A program made the translations under genes and the position numbers. Below, piece by piece: positions 21,915 through 32,321 of a DNA stretch of 64,000 nt. Below the pieces are notes generated by a model. The model was not told the DNA's origin, made no database searches, and worked only from the letters and a program-made list of their open reading frames with translations. The stretch spans positions 95,198-159,197 of the forward strand of contig CAJXZZ010000001.1 in NCBI GenBank assembly GCA_913065105.1, given 5' to 3'. The DNA is from an uncultured Gammaproteobacteria bacterium (GTDB lineage Bacteria > Pseudomonadota > Gammaproteobacteria > SZUA-229). The stretch's first letter is position 1. Each line of letters begins with the position of its first letter.

Positions 21915-22404
21915 TCTTTTACCCTGTAAGGAATTATTAGAAGTATAGGTTTGGTACCATTTATATAGAGACGATATGAGATCGTTTAGATTCCTTGCCC
22001 TAGTCTATAACTATCCTTATAAGCGTCTGCATTGTAGATGTATTACCAAACAAACACTAGTAACAATTTACAATTACTGCATGATGACAGGAAATTTTTT
22101 CACTTAACTATAAAACACAACTATTTTAAATAGCACTGTCAATTGATGATGCTATGTTGTTTCCTGTCAAGCATCAGGTAAACAACAGCTGTGTGGAGCC
22201 GAAAGACATCAAACTAGCCTCGCCGTAACTGATAGTTTAATATCATGTAACAGACAAACGGGCATCGAGTCAGTCGATTTTTAGCCAATTGTCTAGTATA
22301 TTCATCTACATACGCTATTATGGAGTGTAATTCATATAATAATACACAGATTGATTCAACAGGGAATTGTAACGAATCGTTATGATTAGAGATCACCCTA
22401 TTTT

Positions 22405-24918
22405 ATGTCTAAAAAAAAGAATGACCATAAATTACCCAGTCTGCGCAAACGCTACCTGACACTAGCCTCACTGGCGACGGCCGCACTATTAGTCGGTACC
22501 AGTATCGCCAGCTGGTATATTCATAAAGCCTCCAGTAACAGCGCATCTGCAATTGCCATCAATGAATCAGTAGAAATAACGACCTTTGAACTCGGCAGTG
22601 CGATGACCAGTATCGATATGACGTTGAACAACATGTTGATAAACCCGCAAGCTTCAGATGTGATTTCGCTTAAGCAGAATCTTCAGCTAGCACAACAGTT
22701 AAGTCTATCGCTGCTTTCGCATTCAGGTATTAGCTCTACCATTCTGAAACCACCCGTTACTCATCTCACTAAACTCATAACCACGTTAAACGAAAAAGTT
22801 CACTACCTGATTACCAAACGAAAAGATCCACAGTGGGTTTACCCTATTCTGCCCTATATAAATACTGAGTTGCTCTTACCACACCAAAACTTCATCTCTG
22901 CTGTCGAGCTCTCACTGGCTGAATATCAAGATGAGGACCTTGATATCGATGAAACGTATTTTCAGCTACAGATGTTAAGAAACCTGTGGCAGAATAAAAT
23001 TCTTAATTTCAGGGCCGTACTCGTCCGTTTTATCGGCCTCGATGTAACCGATATGACAGTACAGGAAGTACGAATTCAAGAATTACATGATCAGATCGAA
23101 GCCATACTCGCTCAATTAAAAATAAAACAGGACAAAGACGAACTTGAGCTGCAAGTAGATGCATCACTCAGTATTATGATCGAAGCATCAAGTCTTTGGG
23201 ATCAGAGCTGGCGCTCTGCAAAAAAGTTGAAAGAATCTAGCGCCTGGCGCGGTGACGTTGCCTATGTACATGATCATATAAAACCGGTTCAAATCCAGAC
23301 AACTTTAGCCCTGCAGGCCCTTGAAAGAATCATTCACGGCTGGTCATCACAGCAAACAGATAAACTTTCAACGGCAGCTCGACAGATCAGCGCTGAGTTA
23401 TGGCTGCTTACACTGTTGGCTATTTTGTTTGTTATCGCTGTGTACATGATGATCGAAAAGCTGGTGTTACGACCAACCACTCGTATCGCACAATCACTTT
23501 CACAAGAAAGGCAGGACAACTACTTTTATATCGAAGATAAAAGCAGTAAAGAGATTTTTTTGTTGACTGATGCTTTTAATAAAATGCGCAAACAGATCCA
23601 CCAACGTCAACTTGCGCTGGAGCATCAGGCATTACATGATGCGCTTACCGGCCTGCCGAACCGGATCTTACATAATGACAGGTTGAGTCAGGCCATTCAC
23701 ATCATGAAACGAACGCAAGATAAACTTGCCGTTTTATTGCTGGATCTTGACCGTTTTAAAGAGGTTAACGATACGCTCGGCCACCATGTGGGTGATCAGC
23801 TACTGCAACTTGTCGCTAAACGCCTGGAAAAAACCATCAGAAATTCAGACACAGTGGCCCGTCTGGGTGGTGATGAATTTGCCATTATCGCGCCCGATAC
23901 CAGCTCTGCTGAAGCACTTGATTTCGCCAATAAGATCAACGCCGCACTAAAAGGTGTTTTTACCATCGGCCATCAGAATTTATATGTCGGCGCAAGCATC
24001 GGCATCTCGATCTATCCAGACAATGGCATAGACAGCAACACCTTGATGCGCCACGCAGACACCGCTATGTACACCGCAAAATACAATAATGATAATACCG
24101 TATTGTATGCAGCGTCACAGGACAAACATACCGCCGATAATCTGTCGCTGGTGGGCGACCTGCGTAACGCCATTGAGAATAACAATGAACTGAGCATGTT
24201 CTACCAACCACAGGTCAATCTGTTGTCACTTGCAGTCGTGCAGGTAGAAGCACTGTTGAGATGGAATCATCCAACGCTGGGTTTTGTCCCACCTGAAGAG
24301 ATCATCAACCTTGCTGAAAAAACCGGTCTCATCAAAGATCTGACACACTGGATAATAGAAACTTCGATACGAGAATATATGCAGCATATATTCGAACATG
24401 ACATACGTCTGGCTATCAACCTGACTGCCTGGAATCTACAGGATCCAGATCTACATGCAACTGTTCAGGATCTACTGACACGCTATGAAATGCCTGCGGA
24501 GATGCTGACACTGGAAATCACCGAAACTACCATGATGAGCGACCCGGTGCAGGCAAGAGATGCCCTTAACAGGCTTAACAAAATGGGTATCATACTGGCG
24601 ATTGATGATTATGGAACCGGTTTCTCATCGTTAAGTTATCTCAAATTATTACCCATGCATGAACTGAAGATCGATAAATCGTTCATCTTTGACATGTTAG
24701 ATGATGAAAATGATGCCACCATCGTGAAATCAACCATCGAGCTTGCGCATAATCTTGGTTTTAAAGTAATCGCGGAAGGTGTTGAAAATCAGCAAACATT
24801 GTTACAACTTCGCTTGCTCAAATGTGACTCCGTACAGGGCTACTACCTGTCCAAACCGCAGGATATCAACGCGCTGACACAGTGGCTTCAAAACTATGAG
24901 GCAAAGATTGCGTTGTAA
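22405..24918 (+). CDS. Membrane-anchored GGDEF-EAL protein with periplasmic sensor and HAMP-like linker
   Basis: Two TM helices; HDALTGLPN, RNSDTVARLGGDEF, VEALLRW, DDYGTGFSSL, ELKIDKSF, AEGVE. Confidence 0.93.
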   Translation: MSKKKNDHKLPSLRKRYLTLASLATAALLVGTSIASWYIHKASSNSASAIAINESVEITTFELGSAMTSIDMTLNNMLINPQASDVISLKQNLQLAQQLSLSLLSHSGISSTILKPPVTHLTKLITTLNEKVHYLITKRKDPQWVYPILPYINTELLLPHQNFISAVELSLAEYQDEDLDIDETYFQLQMLRNLWQNKILNFRAVLVRFIGLDVTDMTVQEVRIQELHDQIEAILAQLKIKQDKDELELQVDASLSIMIEASSLWDQSWRSAKKLKESSAWRGDVAYVHDHIKPVQIQTTLALQALERIIHGWSSQQTDKLSTAARQISAELWLLTLLAILFVIAVYMMIEKLVLRPTTRIAQSLSQERQDNYFYIEDKSSKEIFLLTDAFNKMRKQIHQRQLALEHQALHDALTGLPNRILHNDRLSQAIHIMKRTQDKLAVLLLDLDRFKEVNDTLGHHVGDQLLQLVAKRLEKTIRNSDTVARLGGDEFAIIAPDTSSAEALDFANKINAALKGVFTIGHQNLYVGASIGISIYPDNGIDSNTLMRHADTAMYTAKYNNDNTVLYAASQDKHTADNLSLVGDLRNAIENNNELSMFYQPQVNLLSLAVVQVEALLRWNHPTLGFVPPEEIINLAEKTGLIKDLTHWIIETSIREYMQHIFEHDIRLAINLTAWNLQDPDLHATVQDLLTRYEMPAEMLTLEITETTMMSDPVQARDALNRLNKMGIILAIDDYGTGFSSLSYLKLLPMHELKIDKSFIFDMLDDENDATIVKSTIELAHNLGFKVIAEGVENQQTLLQLRLLKCDSVQGYYLSKPQDINALTQWLQNYEAKIAL

Positions 24919-24957
24919 AAAGCGCTGCAACTGACTAGAGCGGCTGTTCTATAAACA

Positions 24958-25173
24958 TCAGTCACTCAACTTCAGACGTAACGCCTCACCATTAAATTCG
25001 ATAATATCACCGGCAACAATTTTTTTGCGTTTGCGGGTTTCAACTTCACCATTGACCATCACATCACCCGATTCGATGGCTAACTTTGCAACACCGCCAC
25101 TTGGCACCAGACCTTCAAATTTTAGAATCTTATGAAGCTCTACTGGCTCAGTTTTTAAAATGACATCACGCAT
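24958..25173 (-). CDS. ybcJ: S4-domain RNA-binding protein (YbcJ-like)
   Basis: VELHKILKFEGL..SGGVAK..I..G.V.VNGEVETRKRKKI. Start set at 25173. Confidence 0.85.
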   Translation of the reverse strand: MRDVILKTEPVELHKILKFEGLVPSGGVAKLAIESGDVMVNGEVETRKRKKIVAGDIIEFNGEALRLKLSD

Positions 25174-25175
25174 AA

Positions 25176-26993
25176 TCAAACCACCATCTCTTTTTCTTCT
25201 TCCTGCTGTAATTTCCACAAGTGCGCATACAATCCTTCTTTCTCCAGTAATTGTTGATGCGACCCTTGCTCGACTACTCGACCTTTATCCAGTACAAAAA
25301 TAGTATCGGCATCGATTATGGTAGAAAGACGATGCGCAATAACCAATGTAGTATGTTTTTCTGCTACTTCTTTTAACGACTCAAGAATCAACTGCTCCGA
25401 ATGCGAATCCAGTGATGATGTCGCTTCATCAAAAACCAGAATACGAGGATTTTTAAGAATCACTCGTGCAATGGCGATACGTTGTTTTTCTCCACCAGAA
25501 AGTTTTAACCCACGCTCGCCGACAATCGTTTGATAACCGCCTGGCAGACTAGTAATAAAGTGATGAATATTCGCATGTTTTGCCGCTTGCTGAATCTCTT
25601 CATCACTCGCATCGAGTTTTGCATACCTAATATTGTGCTCAATCGAGCAATTAAATAACACCGTATCCTGTGGCACGATACCAATATTATCGCGCAGACT
25701 TTCCTGCGAGACGGCACTAATATTTTGACCGTCGATCGAAATACTGCCCGAATCGACATCATAAAAACGAAATAACAGACGAGCCAATGTCGACTTGCCG
25801 GCACCCGATGGCCCGACCACTGCCACTTTATGTCCATGCGGAATATCAAAACTTACTTTATCTAATATTTTTCTATCTTTATTATAATCAAAACAAACAT
25901 CCTCAAAACGCACGACGGCATCGCTGACTTTCAGCTCCTTCGCGTTTTCGACATCTTTAACATCTCTTTCTGTGTCCAGTAATTTAAGCATCATATCCAT
26001 GTCTGCCAGTGCATATTTCAACGCACGGTAGATAATGCCAAGGAAGTTTAACGGGATAAATAATTGCAGCATCATGGCATTGACCAGTACCAGATCACCC
26101 AATGTCATCTTACCGTCAACCACACCCTGTGCGGCAAAGATCATCATCAGTGTGACGCCGATAGCGATTACGGCACCCTGACCAAAATTGAGTAAGGACA
26201 TCGATGTCTGACTTTTTACTGCCGCGCCTTCCCATTTATCCAGCGTTTCGTCGTATTGTTTTAATTCATAATCTTCATTGGTAAAATATTTAACCGTTTC
26301 GTAGTTCAACATTCCATCAACCGCATAACTATTTGCCTGCGATTCATATTCATTCATCTTATGACGGTAATGCATACGCCAGTTGGTAACCATCAAGGTA
26401 AAAACGATATAAAAGGCCACGGTCGTAAAGGTGATGATGGCGAAATGCGGTTCGTATTTACCTAATAAAATGATGGCTACAAAAGTAAATTCTGCTGCAG
26501 TAGGAAATATATTGAATACCAGGTAATTTAATATCGAACTCAAGCTATTGGTACCTCGTTCCAGATCACGTGTGACACCACCGGTTTTTCTATCCAGGTG
26601 GTAGCTCAGTGAGAGCGAATACAGATGTTTGAGTACACGTAATGAGATACCGCGCATGGCGTGATAGCGCACGCGAGAAAAAATCGCATCGCGCAGCTCA
26701 TTAAACAGGCCAGCCATTAAACGTAAGGCTCCATAAGCCAGCAATAGCAACAAGGGTAATGTCAGGCTTGCCGCCTGCATATTATCCATAGCCAGTAACT
26801 GCTTACTATCCAGATTATCAACAATGTCTTTCAATATCAGCGGCATGCCGACGATAGCGATCTTTGATAAAATCAGGCAGCTTAAAGCTAAAGTCACACG
26901 ACCTTTAAAATCCCAGATATAGGGAAACAAGCGTTTAATATTCTGATAATCTTTACGATTACCATGTGGTTGAGATGTCGGTCGATGTATCAT
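25176..26993 (-). CDS. Atm1/HMT1-type ABC half-transporter (ABCB)
   Basis: TM domain with NYETVKYF and PLNFLG.IYR; GPSGAGKS, LSGGEKQR, DEATSSLD. Start at 26993 or 27011. Confidence 0.9.
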   Translation of the reverse strand: MIHRPTSQPHGNRKDYQNIKRLFPYIWDFKGRVTLALSCLILSKIAIVGMPLILKDIVDNLDSKQLLAMDNMQAASLTLPLLLLLAYGALRLMAGLFNELRDAIFSRVRYHAMRGISLRVLKHLYSLSLSYHLDRKTGGVTRDLERGTNSLSSILNYLVFNIFPTAAEFTFVAIILLGKYEPHFAIITFTTVAFYIVFTLMVTNWRMHYRHKMNEYESQANSYAVDGMLNYETVKYFTNEDYELKQYDETLDKWEGAAVKSQTSMSLLNFGQGAVIAIGVTLMMIFAAQGVVDGKMTLGDLVLVNAMMLQLFIPLNFLGIIYRALKYALADMDMMLKLLDTERDVKDVENAKELKVSDAVVRFEDVCFDYNKDRKILDKVSFDIPHGHKVAVVGPSGAGKSTLARLLFRFYDVDSGSISIDGQNISAVSQESLRDNIGIVPQDTVLFNCSIEHNIRYAKLDASDEEIQQAAKHANIHHFITSLPGGYQTIVGERGLKLSGGEKQRIAIARVILKNPRILVFDEATSSLDSHSEQLILESLKEVAEKHTTLVIAHRLSTIIDADTIFVLDKGRVVEQGSHQQLLEKEGLYAHLWKLQQEEEKEMVV

Positions 26994-27034
26994 TTCTTTG
27001 AAGTTATACAACTAGATGAGTTAAAGTTCGGGAC

Positions 27035-28189
27035 ATGATTATATCGAAAAAACAAACTCCCTTTTCAGCTATGTTTTCAGGCGCTCTATCATTAACACCG
27101 TTTGTGTCAGTGATCGTTCTCAGTCTGATCGTATCATCTTGTGACAACGCAGGCGATAACAACGTCAACAGTCCTCGGGGAGGGAAAACTTTACACCGTG
27201 TTGAAGTCATCAAGGTAGAGAACAAGCCGGTTTTTCTGAGCCAGACGGTTTCAGGCACACTGGAAGCCGTCACTAAAATTCGTTTATACAATGAAGAAAG
27301 CGGTCGCATTACGAAGCTCCCCTACCATGAAGGTGATCTTGTCAAACTGGGTACCCTACTGGTTCAACTGGACAACGAAGTATTAAAAACTGATGTTGCT
27401 AAAGCAAAAGCTGCCCGAGAACAGGCGGCAGTTGACCTTTCCCGTGTTAAAAAACTGTTACCGAAAAAGATAGCTACCGAAGAAGAAGTCGCCAGGGCGA
27501 GCACGGTACTGGATCTAGCCGTCGCCGAGGAGAAACACCAGCTTACCCGCCTGCAGCGTACCAGTATAAAAGCACCGATCGATGGACTAATCACCAGACG
27601 TTTATATGAACCCGGCGACTTACTTGCGCAACAGTCACATATCCACAGCATTATTGATCCGTCAGAGTTACGTCTTAAAGCCAGCCTGGCTGAACGCTGG
27701 ATTCCCCTGGTGAAAGCCAACCAGCCGGTCACACTACGTATCGATGCGCTGGGTCAGAAACCATTCAGCGCCAGTGTGGTACGAATACATCCAACCATTG
27801 ACGCCAGTACGCATAAAGGCATTATAGAAATCCTGCTCAACCCGGTACCCAAAGGTGCCAGTGTTGGACAGTTTTCTCGTGCTGAAATAGAACTCAAAGC
27901 AACAGACAGACTGGTCATCCCTGTGCACACCATACAATATGAACCTGAGGGCGCCTATGTGTTCCGTGTGATTGAAGATGACAACGGCAAAAGCATCGCA
28001 GAAAAAGTCTTTTTTGAACAGGGACAGCAGTTTGGATCGATGACCGAAGTGTTATCTCAATTAAAACCAGGAGACAAAATTGTCAGCCGTGGTTACCTCG
28101 GTCTGCGTAATGGCAAGCAAGTGGCCATCGCAGGTTCTGATAGCAGCACTCTACTAGCAAAACCGTCGGGTTCGCCTAAACCACAATGA
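27035..28189 (+). CDS. RND efflux periplasmic adaptor (membrane fusion protein), probable lipoprotein
   Basis: Lipobox-like LIVSSC, lipoyl-like repeats (GDLVKLGTLLVQLD, IKAPIDGLIT), helical hairpin; overlaps the RND gene start. Confidence 0.88.
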   Translation: MIISKKQTPFSAMFSGALSLTPFVSVIVLSLIVSSCDNAGDNNVNSPRGGKTLHRVEVIKVENKPVFLSQTVSGTLEAVTKIRLYNEESGRITKLPYHEGDLVKLGTLLVQLDNEVLKTDVAKAKAAREQAAVDLSRVKKLLPKKIATEEEVARASTVLDLAVAEEKHQLTRLQRTSIKAPIDGLITRRLYEPGDLLAQQSHIHSIIDPSELRLKASLAERWIPLVKANQPVTLRIDALGQKPFSASVVRIHPTIDASTHKGIIEILLNPVPKGASVGQFSRAEIELKATDRLVIPVHTIQYEPEGAYVFRVIEDDNGKSIAEKVFFEQGQQFGSMTEVLSQLKPGDKIVSRGYLGLRNGKQVAIAGSDSSTLLAKPSGSPKPQ

Positions 28190-31100
28190 AACAACGATTT
28201 CGTACTGGCGGCGTCGCCGCCTGGTCAATACATCACCCCGTCGGGGTCACCATGTTGACCTTGACCATCGTTATTCTCGGCCTGTTTTCTTTCAAACAAC
28301 TCGGTATTAATTTATTACCACACATCATTGCGCCTGAAGTTCGTGTGCGTATCCTGGATCCTGGTGTACCTGCCAGTATTATGGAAGATCGGGTAACCCG
28401 GCAACTGGAAGAACAACTGGCCATAACGGAAGATGCCATTGCTGTTGACTCACAAACAAGCGAAGGTCGTAGCGCGGTCACTTTGAGTTTTCCCTACGGT
28501 ACCGATATTAACAATGCGCTGCGTGACGCCAGTATTCGGCTTGATAGAGCAAAACGTTTTTTACCCGAAAATGATGAAGCACCAGTCATCTACAAACGTG
28601 ACCCATCGCAAATTCCAGTGATGGAGTTAGTAGTCAGCTCGGACAAGCTCAATTCAGTAGAACTACGTACCTGGGCTGACTATATCTTTTCCAAGTGGTT
28701 TTTAAATTTACCCGGCGTGGCAGCGGTAGAAGTTGGTGGCGGATTGGAAAGAGAGATACAGATCATTCCTGATCAGGAGAAATTGGCCAATATCGGACTG
28801 TCATTGCAGGATTTTGCGCAGCAGATCAATAAACAGAATACTGATTCACCCGGTGGCAGAATGATCGCCAAACATCAGGAAATCACCACTCGCTCTGAAG
28901 GTCGATTTAGCTCCCTTGAGGAATTAAAACAGTTACCTTTACAACCCAGCAACTCAAACAATGAAACACGCAGTATCGATAATACTATCCGGGTTAATGA
29001 TGTCGCTCAGGTTGTTGATAAACATAAAGATGAACGTTTACGTATTCGTTTAAATAAAATTCCCGGCGTTAAACTTTCGATTCAGAAACAACCGCAGGCA
29101 AATACCATTGCTGTGGTCAACGAGGTCAAACACCGAATCAAGAACCTGCAAACGCAACACGCTATCCCTGCAGACATCAAACTGGCCATCGTCGACGACC
29201 AATCTGTATTTGTCAGACATTCTATCTTTAACGCCTCCATCGCCGCCACCACTGGCGCACTGCTTGCGATGGTTGTTATCTACCTGTTTCTCGGCAGTTT
29301 GTTACGCACGCTTATTATCGGTACCGCCATCCCTATTGGCATATTGGTGACCTTTATCATCATGCAGATATTTGACCTCACCTTGAATATTATGACGCTG
29401 GGTGGTCTTGCACTTGGCATGGGGTTATTAATTGATAGCACCATTGTTATGTTAGAAAATATTACTCGCCATCAGTCCGAGGGAGAGACGTCAGATGAGA
29501 GCGCCATTGATGCCGCAGTGGAAGTGAACAGCCCTATTGTTGCTTCTACCAGCACCAATCTCGGCGCTCTACTGCCATTTTTATTTATTGGTGGCATGTC
29601 AGGCTTATTGTTTCAGGAACTCATCATCACCATCACCTCGGCCATGCTGGCTTCATTAGCCGTTGCTCTAACACTTGTACCAGCACTCGGCGCAAAAATT
29701 AAATACAGAAAAACAAAACCTAATTTTATCAGTAAGTTACTTAATGTATTTCAAGTAAAATATATAGAAAATGCAAGCCGATTTCTGAATAATCCAATAA
29801 AAACATTGCTCGTGTTTTGCCTGCTGCTCAGCGCTGCCATCTATCAGATCAATCTAACAAAACGTATCGAACTGCCACGCGTAGACGAAGGCAAGGTATC
29901 ACTATCAATAAATGGTGATGCCGGTATGCAGCTCGAAGAAATGGATAGCGCAGTCGATCAAATCGAGGATCTGCTATTGCAGCAAGAGGAAGTGGCCACC
30001 CTGTTCACCGTCGCCGGCGGCTCGATCTTTGGACGCTCTGAATTTGAAAACAGCAATCGCAGCTCAATCAAAATACAACTAGTTCCCTCTAATCAACGGG
30101 CGATGACTAGTGATCAGTGGACAAAACATATCAATAATAAAATACAGGCACTAAATCTCACCGGCTTTAAGCTGCGCTTTCGTGTTACTGGTGTTCGTGG
30201 TTTGCATATAGTGCGTGGCAGCGATGATGTCAGCATACATATACGAGGCGAGAACCTTGATACTTTACGAGAACTGGGCGATCAGGCTGTCAGCTTACTA
30301 GAACCGGTTGCCGGTTTAAAAAATCTCACCCATTCTTATGAAGAAGTAAAAGCCGAACTTAATATACGCATTGACCGTCAGCGCGCAGCAGAATTTGGCA
30401 TCGATGCTTCTGTTGTCGGTAGCGCATTAAAAATCGCGCTTGATGGTGAGATCATCAGCAATTATATCGACGGTGATAAAGACTTTGATATCCGTATACG
30501 GTTGCCGCGTGTGAACAGTTACAACCCAAACGCGCTACAAAATCTGATGGTTGATTATAAAAATGGTAATGCGATACGCCTTGGTGATATCGCTTATATC
30601 AACCGTGCACCCACTGCCAGCAGCATCGTAAGAAGCCACCAGCAACGTATCGCTGAAATATCTGCCTCGTATGACCCTGATTTCAGTCAAACTAAAGTGC
30701 TCGCTAACGTCATGGCTACACTGAGCGCCCTGGACTTACCTGAAGGTTATGTACTCTACGATAACGATACCAATAAAACTCTGGAAGATGGTCAGAAAAC
30801 AGGGCTGGCGATATTACTGCTCGCCATATTTTTAGTTTTCGTGGTAATGGCCGTACAGTATGAGTCACTGCTCAATCCATTAATCATAATGATAAGCATC
30901 CCATTTGCAGCCATAGGTGTCGCTCTGGGTCTACTGCTTAACACCGACATGAGCTTATCGATGCCGGTCTGGTTAGGTTTAATTATGCTCACAGGTATCG
31001 TCGTTAACAATGCAATCGTACTTGTTGAACAGATAGAAATTGAACGTGAAAAAACAGGTTTACTGGCTGAATCGATCAAAAAAGCCGCTGCCCTGAGGCT

Positions 31101-31293
31101 GCGACCTATCTTAATGACCACCTTAACCACCGTGTTTGGCATGATGCCACTGGCCATCGGATTAGGTGAAGGTTCTGAGATGTTACAACCACTAGCGTTC
31201 GTCATCGTCTGGGGACTGAGCTTTTCTTTATTTGTCAGTTTAATACTAGTACCAAGCCTGTATTCGCTATTTCACCAGCAAAAGACTGGATAA
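28186..31293 (+). CDS. RND efflux permease (AcrB/AcrD/AcrF family)
   Basis: 1035 aa; IDSTIVMLENI, GIVVNNAIVLVE, RLRPILMTT, PLAIGLGEGSE. Confidence 0.93.
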   Translation: MKQRFRTGGVAAWSIHHPVGVTMLTLTIVILGLFSFKQLGINLLPHIIAPEVRVRILDPGVPASIMEDRVTRQLEEQLAITEDAIAVDSQTSEGRSAVTLSFPYGTDINNALRDASIRLDRAKRFLPENDEAPVIYKRDPSQIPVMELVVSSDKLNSVELRTWADYIFSKWFLNLPGVAAVEVGGGLEREIQIIPDQEKLANIGLSLQDFAQQINKQNTDSPGGRMIAKHQEITTRSEGRFSSLEELKQLPLQPSNSNNETRSIDNTIRVNDVAQVVDKHKDERLRIRLNKIPGVKLSIQKQPQANTIAVVNEVKHRIKNLQTQHAIPADIKLAIVDDQSVFVRHSIFNASIAATTGALLAMVVIYLFLGSLLRTLIIGTAIPIGILVTFIIMQIFDLTLNIMTLGGLALGMGLLIDSTIVMLENITRHQSEGETSDESAIDAAVEVNSPIVASTSTNLGALLPFLFIGGMSGLLFQELIITITSAMLASLAVALTLVPALGAKIKYRKTKPNFISKLLNVFQVKYIENASRFLNNPIKTLLVFCLLLSAAIYQINLTKRIELPRVDEGKVSLSINGDAGMQLEEMDSAVDQIEDLLLQQEEVATLFTVAGGSIFGRSEFENSNRSSIKIQLVPSNQRAMTSDQWTKHINNKIQALNLTGFKLRFRVTGVRGLHIVRGSDDVSIHIRGENLDTLRELGDQAVSLLEPVAGLKNLTHSYEEVKAELNIRIDRQRAAEFGIDASVVGSALKIALDGEIISNYIDGDKDFDIRIRLPRVNSYNPNALQNLMVDYKNGNAIRLGDIAYINRAPTASSIVRSHQQRIAEISASYDPDFSQTKVLANVMATLSALDLPEGYVLYDNDTNKTLEDGQKTGLAILLLAIFLVFVVMAVQYESLLNPLIIMISIPFAAIGVALGLLLNTDMSLSMPVWLGLIMLTGIVVNNAIVLVEQIEIEREKTGLLAESIKKAAALRLRPILMTTLTTVFGMMPLAIGLGEGSEMLQPLAFVIVWGLSFSLFVSLILVPSLYSLFHQQKTG

Positions 31294-31305
31294 TTCAGGC
31301 CAAAA

Positions 31306-31342
31306 AAAAGCAACGCCTGCTGTATTAGCAGACGTTGCTTTT
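31306..31342. terminator. Bidirectional intrinsic terminator between the RND gene and ompW
   Basis: AAAAGCAACGCCTGC-TGTATTA-GCAGACGTTGCTTTT. Confidence 0.8.
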
Positions 31343-31366
31343 GTAAATCTTATTGGTCAAATCGAA

Positions 31367-32071
31367 TTAGAAACTGGTACCAACACCAACACCCAATACC
31401 AATGGGTTCACATCAAAGTCAACAGTTGCTGTATCTAAACCGTTAACTTGAATGGTTGCAGTGGTATCCAGATCAATGTACTTGGCATCAAATGTTACAT
31501 ACCAGTCTTTATTAATATCAATATTTAAACCTGCCTGTACGACCACACCAAACGCATCATCAACAGATAAACCAGTTGATGTAACACCCGGACCAGCAAC
31601 AGCATCAATCGTGTCGGTGAATTGACTAGTAGTGCTCTCGTTGAAGAACATGGTGTAGTTGATACCGGCACCCAGGTAAGGGCGTATATTGTTGCTAGGC
31701 ATAAAATGCCATACTGCGATTAATGACGGTGGTAACACAGTCGCCTCACCGATATCAACACCCGCAAGGTTACCGGTACCGCTGATATCGTGTGTAGATG
31801 TAGTATCTAACATTAATTCAATACCAAAATTGTTTGTCACCATATAGGTAATATCAATACCCAGTGAATTGGCAGAATCAACATCAATGCCTGCTGGTGG
31901 AGCAAACGGTGCGCCTGCGACCATAACCTGGTTGTCACCAATATCAGGAGAAATATCAAGAATACGAACATCAAGCAGGATATCCCCTTTCTCAACTGCC
32001 AGAAGCGGCGTGCTGACAAGCATTGCAGATAACATTGCTGTTGCGGTGGTTAGTTTGTTACAGCTTTTCAT
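31367..32071 (-). CDS. ompW: OmpW-family outer membrane protein
   Basis: Signal peptide; LPPSL...WHF, RPYLGAGINYTMFF, DAKYIDLDT.ATI, NPLVLGVGVGTSF (C-terminal Phe). Confidence 0.88.
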   Translation of the reverse strand: MKSCNKLTTATAMLSAMLVSTPLLAVEKGDILLDVRILDISPDIGDNQVMVAGAPFAPPAGIDVDSANSLGIDITYMVTNNFGIELMLDTTSTHDISGTGNLAGVDIGEATVLPPSLIAVWHFMPSNNIRPYLGAGINYTMFFNESTTSQFTDTIDAVAGPGVTSTGLSVDDAFGVVVQAGLNIDINKDWYVTFDAKYIDLDTTATIQVNGLDTATVDFDVNPLVLGVGVGTSF

Positions 32072-32141
32072 TTATAAACTCCAGTTGATATTGGTACAAA
32101 AAATTGAGACAGGAGATTATCAGTAGAATAATCAGGATAAT

Positions 32142-32155
32142 TTGACATTAATCAA
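32142..32155. promoter_or_regulatory. FNR-type box upstream of ompW
   Basis: Minus strand TTGAT-TAAT-GTCAA (one mismatch to TTGAT-N4-ATCAA); GATAAT -10-like hexamer at 32121-32116 on the minus strand. Confidence 0.6.
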
Positions 32156-32321
32156 GAATGTCATTGAGCTACCCATATAGGAATAGCAAAACTGTTAAAC
32201 CGTGTGTACAAAATAGATAGATGCTAGTAGAGATGGCGTATTAGAAATTACATTTTCTATTTAGCGGTATGATGAGTGTGTATAGATGCGGTATAACTAT
32301 GACCGTTGAGACGAGGTACTA

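Noticed and set aside
22157-22170. Third FNR-like site TTGTT-N4-GTCAA
   Set aside because: Mismatch in the core half-site and no well-spaced -10 identified.
28186-31293. RND proton-relay variants (IDS for DD in TM4, NN for KN in TM10)
   Set aside because: Such variants are common in this RND subgroup; not evidence of inactivation.
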